DNA from: Entomortierella parvispora E1425
Taxonomy: Eukaryota; Fungi; Mortierellomycota
Direction: 5' to 3'
NCBI GenBank assembly: GCA_020891255.1
Contig: BQFW01000008.1
Coordinates: 1,922,001 to 1,986,000, forward strand
Length of the DNA stretch: 64,000 nt
Made by a program: the position numbers and the translations under genes. The notes under the pieces are model-generated. The model did no database searches and was not told where the DNA came from. It worked only from the letters and a program-made list of their open reading frames with translations. Shown piece by piece: positions 37,868 to 51,246 of the stretch; positions within the stretch are counted from its first letter, which is position 1; every line of letters begins with the position of its first letter.

Positions 37868-38116
37868 TGTCGGTTGTAGTAGTGCTGTCAATGGTAATGC
37901 GACAGAGAAGATCGATTGTCTTTCTTGAAACACAGAAGACAGAGTCTTGGGCAGTCACTCGGCCGCTCGGGGCAAAATATCTAAGCCACCGTAACCTCAC
38001 CACATTGTCCTGGAGGTGATCCCGTTCCCTTTGGTCATTCTTCGGCATTGAACAATTTCCATTCAGACAGCATCCTTCCGCCTCTCCTTCCTTGCTCACA
38101 GTCCTCAGGTCAACAA

Positions 38117-38765
38117 ATGTTCCGCACAGTCCTTGCCAGAAGTGGCCTGTCCTCGGCCTCCATGGTCCAGCGCCAGGTCCAGATCCAGTCCTTTGCCGCC
38201 TTCCACAGCTCATCAGCCGTCCGAAGCAGCAACGACGTGAGCGAAATCTTCAGCCCTCTTTTTAACAATGGCCCTAACAGCAGCAGCACATCTACCACCA
38301 CCCCCAACAAGAGCAGAAGCAGCCTTTTCGCCAACCCCCGGGCCAACAACGCCGGCAACCCCATCATGCCTGTCTTTGGATACATGCCCAAGGCCAACAC
38401 TACCGCCAATCCCATTCACCTCGATATTAACCACCCCTCAGAAGGACGCTCGATCAAGGTCAACGGCCCATCTAGCGTTGATAGCGCCTACAGACGTTTG
38501 AGAACAACTCTTAACCAATCCAACATGAAGCGGGAACTTCGCTTGAAGAGGACATACGAGACGGGACATGTCAAGATGAGACGTGAGGCCCAGGAACAGA
38601 ACAAGAGGCTTTTTGGCAACTTGGTTCGCAAGAAGATTCAGCTGATCAAGTTGATGAAGCTTCGGTACGTTTCCGTTAAGGTCCCAAGTGGTTATTTTTT
38701 AGTAAATATTGCGAAGGAATTTACACTAACACTCTGCCGGTCGAATCTTCTATAGTGGCATGTAA
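38117..38765 (+). CDS. MRP21: Probable mitochondrial ribosomal protein bS21m (exons 38117..38664, 38756..38765)
   Basis: Mitochondrial presequence and a C-terminal GRSIKV...AYRRLRTTL...KRELRLKRTYETGHVKMRR...LMKLRGM segment resembling the fungal S21 domain. Confidence 0.75.
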
Positions 38766-39030
38766 AATACAGCGGGAACGATTGAAGAACGGAAGGACAA
38801 CAAGTGACAAAGTCATTTTTCACAATCGGCTTGATCAGGATTCTCAGCCTTAAATACGTTTAGAGATTGCGGGACCACGATGATGACACTTGGATGTTCT
38901 CACAAAATAAATAGAATATGTATCATTTTTTTGCATTTAGCAACTTTTCAAATCGAATACTCTGTGGAGTCGGCCACAAAGGATCCAGTTCAATCTAACT
39001 GTGACCCATTGTCAGAGAGGACAACTGGCT

Positions 39031-41997
39031 TTACTCTTTTTCGCTTTTGGCGAACGGGAGCTCTGCATAGTGAAGCGCTTGCTTCAAAGAGTCTACTTGG
39101 TGTCGATAACGACTGGCCAACCGACCGTCTTTTCCCCAGCAGATCTGGAACTGCTGCAGAATTGAAGAGTCCTCCAACTTTGGTACTAATTCTTTCAGGA
39201 ATTGCAATACCTTCTTGGAGTTTTCTGCTTGGGATCGCCGTTGCTGCTGTCGCTGCTTCTTGTCCGAATTTTTGGTGCTATTGTCATCTGAGCCTTCGCG
39301 GCCACGACGCGATAACATGTCTTGCATGGATCCATCCCCGACTTTGGCCCTAGAGGCGGTCATCGCGTTTTTCAGCGCGGTCAAGTCCCTCTCATCGTCA
39401 CTATCTCCAAATTTATCATCATCGCTTTCATCGCTTTCATCGCTCTCTTCGATCTCAACTGTTGATTCTTCCAAGAGAAGGTTCGCGAGGAGGTTGGCAA
39501 TCTTGCAAGTGTAGTAGTTCTGAACAGCCTTAACGGGGTGATGACCAATATAAACCTCATTTAAAATGCGGTTCAGCTCAATGGATCGCTCCAAAGCAAA
39601 AATCCAGTGTTTGTGACTGACTGCCTCGTCAAAAGCCGCCTGCACCAATCCTCGGACTAAATGGTGGACTGAACTTCGGCCGTGATTAGTACCGAGGTGC
39701 TCGTCAGTATCCGAGAACCTCGAGGTGGAGTTCGCCAGGATAACGGATCTTGATTCTGTTCCTGTCAGTGTCCTGTAAGCTGCGGCAAAAGCACGTAGCG
39801 CAGCACCAGAGGGCTCTTGGACAGTTCTCAACCCGCCAACAATTATTGGCTCAGTGGATGAACCGTCCTCGGATGCGGTTGTCTCTGCTGAAAATTTCGC
39901 CAGCTCAAAGTTGCGTGCACCATTACCTTTTGATGCCGATCCTCCGTTCATCTCTCGTACAAAACGAGCAAGCAATCGCTCGGCCTCTTCCCGGTTCTCT
40001 TGCTCCAGCTCTTGTGTCAAGATTTCCTCGTAACCGCATGTCGAACAATGTAACTTGACATTGTTGTATATTTCGAGTTGACTGTCCACGGCAAGAACGG
40101 TGTGGCGGGCAGCCTTGCATGACGGATTTGGACAGATCCAGCCTTGTTTGGGGTCTAGAGAAGGGGCACAGAGCGGCTTTGACGGAGCAAGGACATCCAG
40201 TAGATCCTCCTGTTCTGGAAGCACCATTGGGTTAGCAGGAAAGAATTTGCACAGTGGACAGTCGCACGTGAAGTGATATTGGTCTTGAAGATGTCGCTGG
40301 CGAACTTTTGTGAGGTCAATCTGATCAATGTAGCTGATAGTTAACTAAATAACAATTGGGTGTTAGATATGAACCCTTTGAATGCATCATTATTTCTGAA
40401 TCAAGACGGTTGTACTTTACCTCTTCTCCGGGCTGAACCTTTCGGATAGCACGACACTCCACACGTGCACCCCGGAATGTATAGATACAATTAGGGACAC
40501 AGGAGTGATTAAGAAAAGGCATAGACTGCACGTAGAGAGCCAAGCCGATCGCCATTGTCGTCTCCAAATTGGTGATTACAAAGCCATAAGAGTCGAGCTT
40601 TCTAGTTAGCTCAAGTCCACCATCGCCTGCATCGTGCTCACTCAACCCCGGTAACTCCGATAAGCCTTTGAGGAATACATGAGGGTCTTCCTTTGGGGAG
40701 ACGACACAGGACATGACCACAGCCATGATCTTTGCAAATTGACCAGGCTCGTCCAGATGCTTCTTTGTAGTTGCGTCAGATGTGGTCGTTTGCTTGATTT
40801 CATTCGAACTCAAGAATTGTTGGATCCAGGCTGCGCCATTCTCATCCAACCATTCATCCTCTTTCTGATCCAGTCCCGAGAAATAAACTTCGTTCACTTG
40901 TTTTTGAGCAGCATCCAGCTTTCCGCCATGCTCTGCCTTGTACTGGGCAGAGATTTTGACGCGCTCCCGTCTTCGGATCAGTCTGCAAAGAGCACGCACT
41001 GTAGTCGTATCCATTTTATGTTTCGTCCAGACATCCTTGACTCCCGGATTGCTCAAGGACTTCTGGATGCCTTGGCACTCCAGCTGATGGTGAAGCTTCC
41101 AGTCCTTGATTTGGCAGGTCTAGCGACAACATCAATAGGTCAAAACTGTTGTACGATTTCTTCGCTATAAATGCCCACGCCGAAGAGTGACCTGCTTACC
41201 TTATTACAATACCACACAATCCTGCATCCGGCGCAGCGAACCAGTTTTCTTTGACCTCCTGCCGCTACGCTTCCTGTTCCTGATGACTGCTCCTCCTCGC
41301 CCTGCTCCTCTCTGGTGTCCTTAAAGCAGGTTGAGCACACTTTAGAAAGTGAGGCGTCGTTGACGACCTGGCAGTATCCGAGTTCCTTAAAAATTAAAGA
41401 TCCAGGAACAAGCGATTCTTTTCCGGTATAAAAAAGACCACGTCCTTTCCCTATCTGCTCACACTCACGGATCACGATCTGGTTCTTGATTGCCGAATTG
41501 AGTGCTGCAGGCGATGTCATTGGGGGCACGGCTAGACTGATTCCTAATGTTGCATCAACTGCAGGCTCCTTCGACGACATCAGTTGCCTTTCTGTGCTAT
41601 CCGAGGTCTGCTTGCCGTCCGAAAAAGCTTGCTTCAGGGGTCGTCGAGGCTTCGAGACGGAGAAGTTTGCGCCTGGATCATCTCCGATGTCACCCTGCTC
41701 TTGATCCAGGAAACTTAACCGAGCGAGAGCTGGATATACCTCTCCGAGATTCTGGGCATTCTGGGACCTGACATATGGCAGCGTACTTGCACCGTCTTGA
41801 CCTTGCTTTTCGGTTTCTGCCTTCGTTTCAGTGGACTGGGCTTGTTCCTGAAGGTCAAGGTCATGGCCCTCATGGTCAGAGTCGTCTCGTCTCGTTGGTC
41901 TGTAATTACGTTTTGCTTTCGGGTTTGAGCTACTTCGGAAACGAGCTTGAGTGGAGCTCGTTGCTGCTATTTCTGGGTCCATGGCTGTTGATTCCAT
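39031..41997 (-). CDS. SET and MYND domain (SMYD-like) lysine methyltransferase (exons 41997..41200, 41119..40421, 40344..39031)
   Basis: GKGRGLF, MYND CSTC...CAGCRIVWYCNKTCQIKDWKLHHQLEC, FLNHSCVPNC, GEELTISY and post-SET FTCDCPLC. Confidence 0.92.
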
Positions 41998-42259
41998 GCT
42001 GGCATAAGAGCACGAATAATGTTTTGGTGAATGGTAATGCATCAGTGTGACATCTCAAATCGTGAATTAAGGGGTGTAATTTGAACGCGTTTCTTTTCTT
42101 TGCTGTTCTGAAAGACGCGCCTCTGCTGGTCCCACAACCCACAATGACTCAGGTATGGAACGATGCTCAGTGCCGCCTCTGCAGCTTTGAAGCATGTAAT
42201 CTGCAAACTTGCTTTGCACCGAGGACATTGACAGTGCACCGGGGAAGTTCGAGGTGTTG

Positions 42260-42306
42260 GTCACGTGACAAGAATCGACGAGGTCCAAGACTCGAGCTTT
42301 CACGTG
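42260..42306. promoter_or_regulatory. Two CACGTG E-boxes (GTCACGTGAC at 42260..42269; CACGTG at 42301..42306) in the SMYD/ACAD divergent promoter
   Basis: Motifs are directly visible about 115-160 nt upstream of the ACAD ATG. Function is inferred. Confidence 0.45.
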
Positions 42307-42420
42307 TGCATCGCGGAGCATTGAAAGATGGTGAAGAGAATGAACTTCACGGTCGAGGCTTTCCTCTCTTCTTTTTCTTTTTTATTTCGCAACTTTCCTC
42401 TTCTCCACTCCCCAACCACA

Positions 42421-44234
42421 ATGCTTCGCTCTGCTACCTCCACACTCCGCCGCGTCGTCACTCAGGCTTCGCCTGCCAAGATGGCCGTCCGCTCCTTCTC
42501 TAGCTCTATGGCCCAGCAGAACGTCTCTTTCGGTCTCAGCGAGGAGCAGCTCGCCGTCCAGGAATTGGCCCGCAAGTTCACAGAGGATGAGATCATCCCC
42601 ATCGCCGCTCACCACGACCGCACTGGCGAGTACCCAACAGAGTTGATCCGCAAAGCCTGGGAGCTTGGTCTTGTCAACACTCACATCCCTCAGGAGTACG
42701 GCGGTCTCGGCCTCGGTGTCTTTGATGCCTCCTTGGTCTCTGAGGAGTTGGCTTATGGCTGCTCTGGTATTCAGACTGCCATCGAGGCCAACGGTCTCGC
42801 TGAGGCTCCTCTCATGGTTGCCGCTAACGATTTCCAAAAGAAGAAGTACCTCGGACGCATGACGGAGGAGCCTCTGATGGCTGCCTACTGTGTGACCGAG
42901 CCCGGTGCAGGCTCTGATGTTGCTGGAATCCAGACCAAGGCCGTCAAGAAGGGAGACAAGTGGGTGATCAACGGACAGAAGATGTGGATCACCAACGGAG
43001 GCAAGGCCAACTGGTACTTTGTTCTCGCCAAGGTAAGAGATCAGACATAATATTTTCATTTTCGTGTGTGCGTGTGCGTGTGCGTGCGCGAGTGCTTGTG
43101 CGTGCGTGGGTGCGTGTTGTTTCTTTTCTCCTCGTATCCTGTTTGCATCTTTTGTTCCCGCTGAGGACCGCAACCAGCACTTTTCCTTGCGTTGTCTGTC
43201 CCGCTCTTCTCTTCCACGGGCCAAAAATCTTTGCTCAGGCACAGGAAGGAGAAATGACTGCTTTTTGCATTGGCCCAGTCAAATGCAAGAGCGATCGCCG
43301 CAAACCCCTTGGTCATTTTATGATTTTTTTTACCTCCTCGGATAATTTGTTGCCATACGCTTGTCGTGGATCAGCACTAAGACTCGATTTTTCTTTTTGG
43401 CAATTACATCCATGACTAATAGACCGATGCCAACGCCAGAGCTGGCTCTGCATTCACTGGATTCATTGTTGATGGCAACTCGAAGGGCATCAGCGTCGGC
43501 CGCAAGGAGCAGAACATGGGGCAGCGTGCCAGTGATACTCGCGGAATCACATTCGAGGATGTCGAGGTCCCTGAGGAGAACGTGTAAGTGCCATTGAAAA
43601 AACAGTATGACGACAAAAAAAGTGTCCGTGAAGTACGAGTGAAAACAACCCAGGAGTGGCATGTGATCACACGCAGTTCGTCCCACATGCGATGTGGGGT
43701 GACTTTGTGCTCTGTCGTTCAGAACTCTAAATCCAAGTTATGGGATCAAATAGGTTGGGTGCTCCTGGTCAAGGATTCAAGATCGCCATGGGTGCCTTTG
43801 ACATCACTCGTCCTTTGGTCGCTGCCGGTGCCGTTGGTTTGGCCCGCCGTGCCATGGTTGAGGCGACCAGATACGCTGTTGACCGCAAGACTATGGGCAA
43901 GCCCATTATCGAGCACCAGGCTGTTCAATTCATGATTGCTGATATGGCTATTGGTATCGAGGCTGCTCGTCAGATGGTCTGGAAGGCTGGTTGGCTTAAG
44001 GACAACGGTCACCGCAACACCTGGGAGGCTTCGATTGCCAAGGCTTTGGCTTCGGATGTTGCCGTCAAGTCTGCTTGTGATGCTGTCCAGGTCTTTGGAG
44101 GCGCTGGATTCAACACAGAATACCCCGTCGAGAAGTTGTACAGAGACTCCAAGATTTTCCAGATTTACGAGGGTACTTCCCAAGTCCAACGGTTGATCAT
44201 TGGAAAGGGAGTTGTTGATCGTTTCGCCAAGTAA
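42421..44234 (+). CDS. ACADM: Mitochondrial medium-chain acyl-CoA dehydrogenase (exons 42421..43032, 43423..43583, 43754..44234)
   Basis: Presequence, [69 protein letters not shown]. Confidence 0.96.
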
Positions 44235-44723
44235 AAACAAAAGTTGCACCCAGCATTTAGATAATGAGTAATAAAATCATCCACAAACAACAAATAACTC
44301 GCCTCGCACAACAAAGATTCTTTGTGAAAGATTTGCAGACTGTGGTGCAGGATTTGCCAAATTACCATACAAAAAAAAAAAAAAAAAAAAAGCGGGCAAT
44401 TGTTTGCGTGCACCATTCTCCACATTCCTGAGATCCCTATGCGACGCGTGTCCTGCCTGTGGGCTAGCTGCAACAGTTCAATGCTGTGCGATTGAATCCT
44501 TGTATTACCTTTGTTTTATAAAGTCCTCATCGTCGCTTGTATTTTGAAGCAAGATGCAGGGAACTACAACTAAAACCAACTCATTTCTCGCCCGCTAATC
44601 CTTGACCCTGTCCACCCGCAATCAGTCTCGTACTTTCTTATGATCCGCAACGGAAAAAGGAAATTAGGAGAAAGACGAAAGAGAGAGAGGATGGAAGGGA
44701 AGGATTGTCCAAAAAAAATACGT

Positions 44724-46460
44724 CTAACGCTCGCGCTCGTGGCCTTCCAAGGACGATTCTGGGTCCTCGCCACCAGCCTCCATTTGATAGACATCCGTGT
44801 ACTTTCGGAGTTCGTCCTCTAATAACAAAATGTAATCGACAGCCTTTCGGAGGATAGTAGCCTTAGAATCTGTGTTTTGAGCGCATCTAAATTGTAGAAA
44901 CAGGGAATACTCAAGTTAATTACTAGATATAATCTGTTATCACCCTTTGCCTGTTCAAATCAGGCGTGAACGAACTTACTCTGGAATGACACTCTTAAGC
45001 TCATCGAACCCGCCATTGATCTTTTCTCTACGCTTTTGCTCTGAAATGATATGAGCAACACGGCGAGTCGGGTCCACATCTTCCTTGGGCACAGCAGGGG
45101 CGGCGCTGGGCAACTTGCGTGTCTGTCGGCCGTGATATTTGCGGGGGGCCGAGGTCTGGGGAGGTCGTGGAGGGATCACGCGAGTTGGGGGGATAATCCG
45201 AGGGGCTGGGAGGGTCAGACTTTTGCTTCTGGACCGCTGGTGCTGTTTTTGCTGAGATGACTGGTCCTGTTGAATGGACTGCTGCTGTTGTTGTTGTTGT
45301 TGTTGCTGAAGTTGATGCTGCTGCTGCTGTTGTTGAAACTGTGAAAAACTATGTACAGGCAAAGAGGATGACAAGGCTGCAGAGGTCATTTGTTCCTGTT
45401 GTTGTTGCTGCTGTCTCTGGAAATGCTGAGTGAGCGCGGTTGAGAACGCATTGAATGAGGGACCTTGTGATCCTGCAGAGGCCATAGCCGTTGTCGTAGG
45501 CATGAAAACACCAGTGTTGTTGTGGCCGGTATGGTACATCATCGGCAGGCTTTGTGGTTGGAAAGAAGAAGTCGTTGGTGTGGTAGCCAGGTTGTTGTTC
45601 CCTTGCAACCCATGATGACGGCCTCCACGAGAGGACATTGGCATCGAAATTGGCATGACGGATGTTGGTGAACCTCCCGCCGCTGCAGACAGGACAGAAA
45701 GTGAAGCCAAAGAAGCCAAAGAAGACTCGATCCCTTGAAGTCCATTGTTGCCACTGCTGTTGTTGTGACCATGATGACCGTAATAGCTCTGGTTAGAAGA
45801 CGTCATCAGACCTGGCGAGAGCATCGAGGCCGTGATCGAGTTTGCTTCCGAGGTGGTCGAACCGGGGGATCCAGGCGACAAAGGTGACGTCGGACCCTGA
45901 CCGCCAAATCCTGTAAACCCTGAAGACACTGGGATCGTGAACCCTTGGGTCAGATGAGGATGGGACAGGCTTCGGTGGTGGAGTCCCGGCATGCGAATCT
46001 CTCTGTCGCTGCTATCTCTGTCTTGCTGAACTTTGTTGCCTCTGCTACCCTTGTCGCCCTTGTTTCCTCGATCACCAAACTCGTTGTTGCTCTTTGCGTC
46101 GTCTTCATCATCTTCATCGACTTCCTCATCCGAGTTCATGTCGTCGCTCTTGATACTGATATGCTGGAGCCCACCACCACCTCCGCCGCCTCCTCCGCCA
46201 AAGGGGTGTTGCATCTGGTACTCTTGGCGGTCGTGGCGGTGTTGTTGCTGAGCAGGGTCGCCACCGTTGTTGTTCTTCTTTTTCTTGGAGAGGTGGGCGC
46301 CAAGACCGTACCCGCCCTGGGACTGTTGATGCTGCAGCTGGCGATGCTGCTGGATTTGCTGTTGCAGGCGACGGACTTGCTGCGACTGAGGCAGGTGATG
46401 GAGAGGGTTGGAGAGGCCCAGGGCAGTGGCAGGCTTTGACCAGGCAGGAGGAGGGTTCAT
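44724..46460 (-). CDS. bHLH transcription factor (Ino4/Mlx-like basic region) (exons 46460..44980, 44886..44724)
   Basis: Spliced RRVAHIISEQKRREKINGGFDELKSVIPECAQNTDSKATILRKAVDYILLLE; long Q/S/G-rich N-terminus. Confidence 0.92.
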
Positions 46461-48216
46461 GTCCAGATCGGGCACAAAGTTGGCGTGGGTGTTGGTGTGC
46501 ATTGTTGAGATGGATGAAAAGGGAAAGAAGTGAAGAAAATAAAGAAAATAGCAGTGGCTCTGTGCTGCTCTGTGTGCAAGAACGTCGTTACAGGGGAAGA
46601 AGAATGAATGAAAATGAATGAACGAACGAAGGAGAAGAAAAGAGCGGAGAGAGGGCAGCCATTAATGCTTATATAGATAGCAGGAGATAGACCCCGCTTC
46701 CATGTGCCGTATCACCGACACTGAGGGCTTCGTTATCAGGAACAGGCAGCGTCAATTGTTTGCTAAACTGAATCAGAGGCTGGGAAGGGGTGATCTCGGG
46801 CCAGACGCATTCTCAATTGATCCTCGCCTGGCTGATAGAAAAAGGGTCCCTTCTGCTCTACCCACAGCTTATGGTCGCACAGTCTGTTTGCTCGCATGTC
46901 GTCCGCATGTCCCTGTCTGGTCACTGTAGCGTTAAAGACAAGGGCCGCTGCTGCCCAGCCACCCAGCGGAGTCCTGTCCTTCCAAGCTTTGTGCTTCAGT
47001 GCGTCCTCACCCAATTCTCGAGTGAAACCGAAATCTCCCCTTCACTCGTCCACCGCCTGCCTTCATAATCGAGACAACCCCTCACGCGCAATGCGACCCT
47101 TTCCCCACTACCTCCACTCTGTCGTTTTTAGAGCCACAATCGCGAGGAATATGTGCGATGCGGTTAGTACCCGACAGGGAAGAAGTGGGACGCGTTATCG
47201 GTCTCCAGGGCCAGCAATGCACGTCCTGCGAATCTGCCCTTTGCCTCTCTCCATCTCCCATCGTTCTATCTCCAGTCCAAGGGATGTCCTGAGATGGGTT
47301 AACATGTGGTTAGAAGAGCAAACCATTGGACACCAGTTCCTTTTTTGTGCGCACTGTCTCCTTGTTGCCAGTGTTGTTGTGTTCGAGGAAGGGGGAAAGG
47401 AGGCAAAGGTAAACTGTCCTCTTCAGGTTTCCAAGAGATAGGAGCAACATGGGAACATTGGGATAAAGATAGACAAGACAGATCAAGACACGGGGGCAAC
47501 TTTTTTTTCTCCAAGGCTCTTCTTTCTTGTGCCCTCTAATGATGACAGTGTACGGTCAACCCGCACCGTAACACCTTTGTGTGTCAACATCATTCTCATG
47601 GTTTCCCATCCTTGTTTTGGAGTTGCGATCATCACCGACCCCTTCTTGGCATGTGCACCTGCAGACGGGTGCACGACTGCTCCATCAATCCCTTTCTCCC
47701 AGTGCCACCACATAACTTGACCTCTCCCGAAAATGCAACTGAGCTCTCAGTTACCCCTCATTTTGAGGATGTCCTCTTTGGGCGACAACGTTCCGTTCGC
47801 TCACCAATTTTCATATGTCAGCGGCCACGCCTTCCATTTGTCCGCTTGATGAGATCACAAACATAAACAACAACACGTTTTCGTCCCTATCTGAGTATTT
47901 CGGACAAATCTCAACTCTAATGACCCGTCCCTTGAAGCGTGGGCTACTTTCCAGTCTTGGTGGAAAAAAAAACGAGAGGTAGATGTGGCTATTGATGACA
48001 AGCCCCCTGCTCTTTGGAAGCTCACTCGCATTGGTGATAAGAAGCTTTTTCGGTTTACAGTATTTCATTCTTTTCGCGGGGTGGACCAACTCAGCTTGCT
48101 CCGTGCCAACCTAGTTTCTTGGTCCCGTGGGCGGCGTCGACTCTCATTCGACCTGCGCCCAGAGCCGTCACGTGTGCAACTCCCCGATTGCCCGGGAATT
48201 GCCTGGACATTTTCCT

Positions 48217-50677
48217 TTAGAGCTTGATGTCGCCGTGCTTCTTCAACAATGGACGAATATACTCTTTATATCCATCACAAACATCCTTTCGGTTAAGTGG
48301 CTCAGACTGGGCCTTGTCCCAGAGCCTCTTGTATGCATCTCCATCGTTGGCTCCCAAGGCCGAATCCAACAAGAAATCTGGATGATCAAAGGCATCAACC
48401 AGTCCAACAACATCATCCGCCAAACTTGCGACCAAGACCTTGACCTGTCGTCTAAGAGACTGGCATTGAGCAGGCGAAAAGTACCCATCTTCGCAAAAGT
48501 CAGCCAGATTCGTTAGCATGATCGAGAGAGCATGCAAGTTTAGTAGTTTTTTCAACGCCGAAATCGATGCGAGCTGAACGCGACGGTCTTCATCCGCTTC
48601 GGGATCTTGGGCCTCCTGGACGGACTCGGTGAACCAAAGAGCCATCACATATTGAGCATGCGCGTGCGAAACACGGCAGCACTCAATATTGTAGTCCGAC
48701 CAATTGTCGCAACCCTCTCCAGCCTCAATCGCGTCATTCAGCTCAAAGGCGAGGCGCGCACACCGGTGCTCAAAAGCGGCCAGTTGCACCTCAGGAATGA
48801 GCCAGTCAGAATCCTGGGACACCTTGCAAAACGCTCGAGAGAACTGATCCCTGCTCAATCCAAGAAGGAGGTATCTCGAGAAGGGGGTAACCTTGTCTGG
48901 CGTAGCGCGTGCTGTCTTGATTTCCTTGAGAAGATAACGTGCCATCTGCTGGGTCAGTACGTAGTTATCACCCTCATAGGTGTTGGAAGGCACGATCATG
49001 GCGAACAAATGAGACAGGCCTGTAAAGTACGAGTAGCCATGACCACCCATAAGCTTGCGACATTCTTCAGCGCCAGCAGCTGCAATGGTGGTGCAATACG
49101 ACTTAAGGGCCGACGAGATGGCATGGACCTCAGCCAGGGCATCGATATTACCAGATGACATTCCTGTCATGAGCGAAATGTACTTTCCCATCATCTCACT
49201 GCCTGCCACAAAAAGCGCGTACGACTGAGCGATCATAGGGAAGAGTCTGTTCTGGACCATTGGATAATTGATTACTTGAGTTTCCAAGCCTGGATTGAGA
49301 TCAGCGTCGTTGCGTTGGGTAGGGTTATTGAACTGACGGCGGACAGTCAAATAGCGAGTTGCAATCGTAGTGGCGCGACTGAGGTATGTCGCCATTTGAC
49401 GAATCATGACAGAGCGCAGCAACACCATAGAGCCATAGGACAGCTATGTAGTATAAAGAAGATGTATGAAGTCAGGACAGGCCTCGACTATACTTCTCTT
49501 TCTCTCGTAGCCTTGGGTGGATCTATACCTTGGCATGAGGAGGCTTTGTGTAAACACCATCTTTGGACACTTTGGAGAATCGCATCAACATGTTCTCACG
49601 AGGAATGCGGTACTTGTTGAAGCGAGCAACTATCAAAGAACTCAACAAAGTTAGCCTCCATGTCGTTGAGATCCTCCGTTATTGATTCCTTTAGTAAATG
49701 TTGTTCACTTACACCCGTTGTCCATCTTGGCGAATCCCCCGTAGGCTTTGGGCCCGATGTCACCAACTTGAATACCAGGGAATGGCTTATGATCTTCCAA
49801 TGAGCGAATGGGGACGATGAAGACATGTGCACCATAGTCTTTACCATCAATAATGAGCTTCGCCTGCACAATGGCGTGGGTGGAAGCGACTCCAAGACCT
49901 CCAATCCACCACTTGGCTGCCTATAAGTTAAAGGGTTGAACATAGGGTCAGAGTATAGTGGACGATCATATTGCGGGTAACCTATCACCAACTAACCGTG
50001 AATGTAGTGCTGTGAATCTCCCACTGGTCTGTTTCCTTGACAAAGGTAGCGGTGGTCTCAAGGCTGGAGAGATTAGAGCCATGCCCAAGCTCTGTCTGAG
50101 CATAGCACCCAATGATCTGATACTGTTCAGCTTTCGGGATCCAAAAGTCAATCTGCTCCTCTGTTCCTTGAGAGTTAATAACCTGAATGAAAGCTCCATT
50201 GTGCAACAAGATCTGCAAGAAAGGATGGTTCAACCGGTTAGTGCCAGTTAGCGATATGTTGCATACAGAATACTCACTGCACGTACAGGGAGCGGGTCAT
50301 CGATAGCTTCGATCATGGTAGAAAAGTCCAAGTCGTTCAATTCATGCTCCATCTTGATCTCGGCCAGTCGTACAGACATAGCAACGCCGCGTTTCACTGC
50401 TTCAGTGTGGTTTAGCCATGGCCTAACATCATGAAGCCCACAGCTGTTAGAAAACGGAGAGATCCGCTCTGTAAGGCGGTTACTTTACGTTGGGGAAGCA
50501 TGCTTGGTACCAGTCGCTCTTGTTGAAAATTGGTTCACGAGCAATGAGATCAATGACGTATCGTCGCTGTTCCACGTTGGAAGATCCTCCGTAGAGATAG
50601 TTGGTCATGTCGGTGATACTGAAGGTGGTTTTCGTCCTGGCAAAGGCCAGGTCCTTCATGTTCTGAGATTGCTCCAT
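48217..50677 (-). CDS. POX1: Peroxisomal-type acyl-CoA oxidase (exons 50677..50511, 50422..50287, 50212..49997, 49920..49713, 49629..49529, 49443..48217)
   Basis: [51 protein letters not shown] and catalytic TYEGDN. All introns are in phase. Confidence 0.96.
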
Positions 50678-51246
50678 ATCTAACCGGTTCTGTGCAGCTG
50701 TTTTCAAAAAGAGGTGAGGAGAGGGAGGGAGGGAGGAGAGGGAGGAGAGTATAGAAGGATTGAAGGGTGACTTTGCGGAAGAGGGAGAGAAAGGAATGAG
50801 AAAAAGAAAAGAAATGCAATGCAATGCGCACAGGAGAGAATGTAATGAAAGAGATGAACCGAGAAGAACCAAAGTGAACTCTCCCAAAGTCGGTTCCTGC
50901 ACGCTTCGATTTGTGGACACAAACAGGGCAAGCACGCGTTCTCGGCTGCATGTTCATCCCAGAGGAAAAACAGACAGTAACGGGGGGCCGAGACCGCACG
51001 GGCTGAGGACTGTCTCTGGTGTGGAGAACCAGAGCCAAAAGGTTTACACCCCAGGTTGCTCACTTGTAATTCAGCAGAGAAAAGGCGCTGAATCCCTGAG
51101 CCGGTGGCCAAGATGGACAACAAACAAACAAACAAACATGTTGCAAAAGGATCGCTTCATCTCGGCCGAATACAAACACCAAGGCCGTAGATCGAAAAAA
51201 AAAAAATCAATAATTTCTGGCTTCTTTACTAGGACTGTCCCCCTGT

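Noticed and set aside
43064-43115. Alternating GT/GC repeat in ACADM intron 1 (Z-DNA-like)
   Set aside because: Short degenerate microsatellite with no evidence of function.
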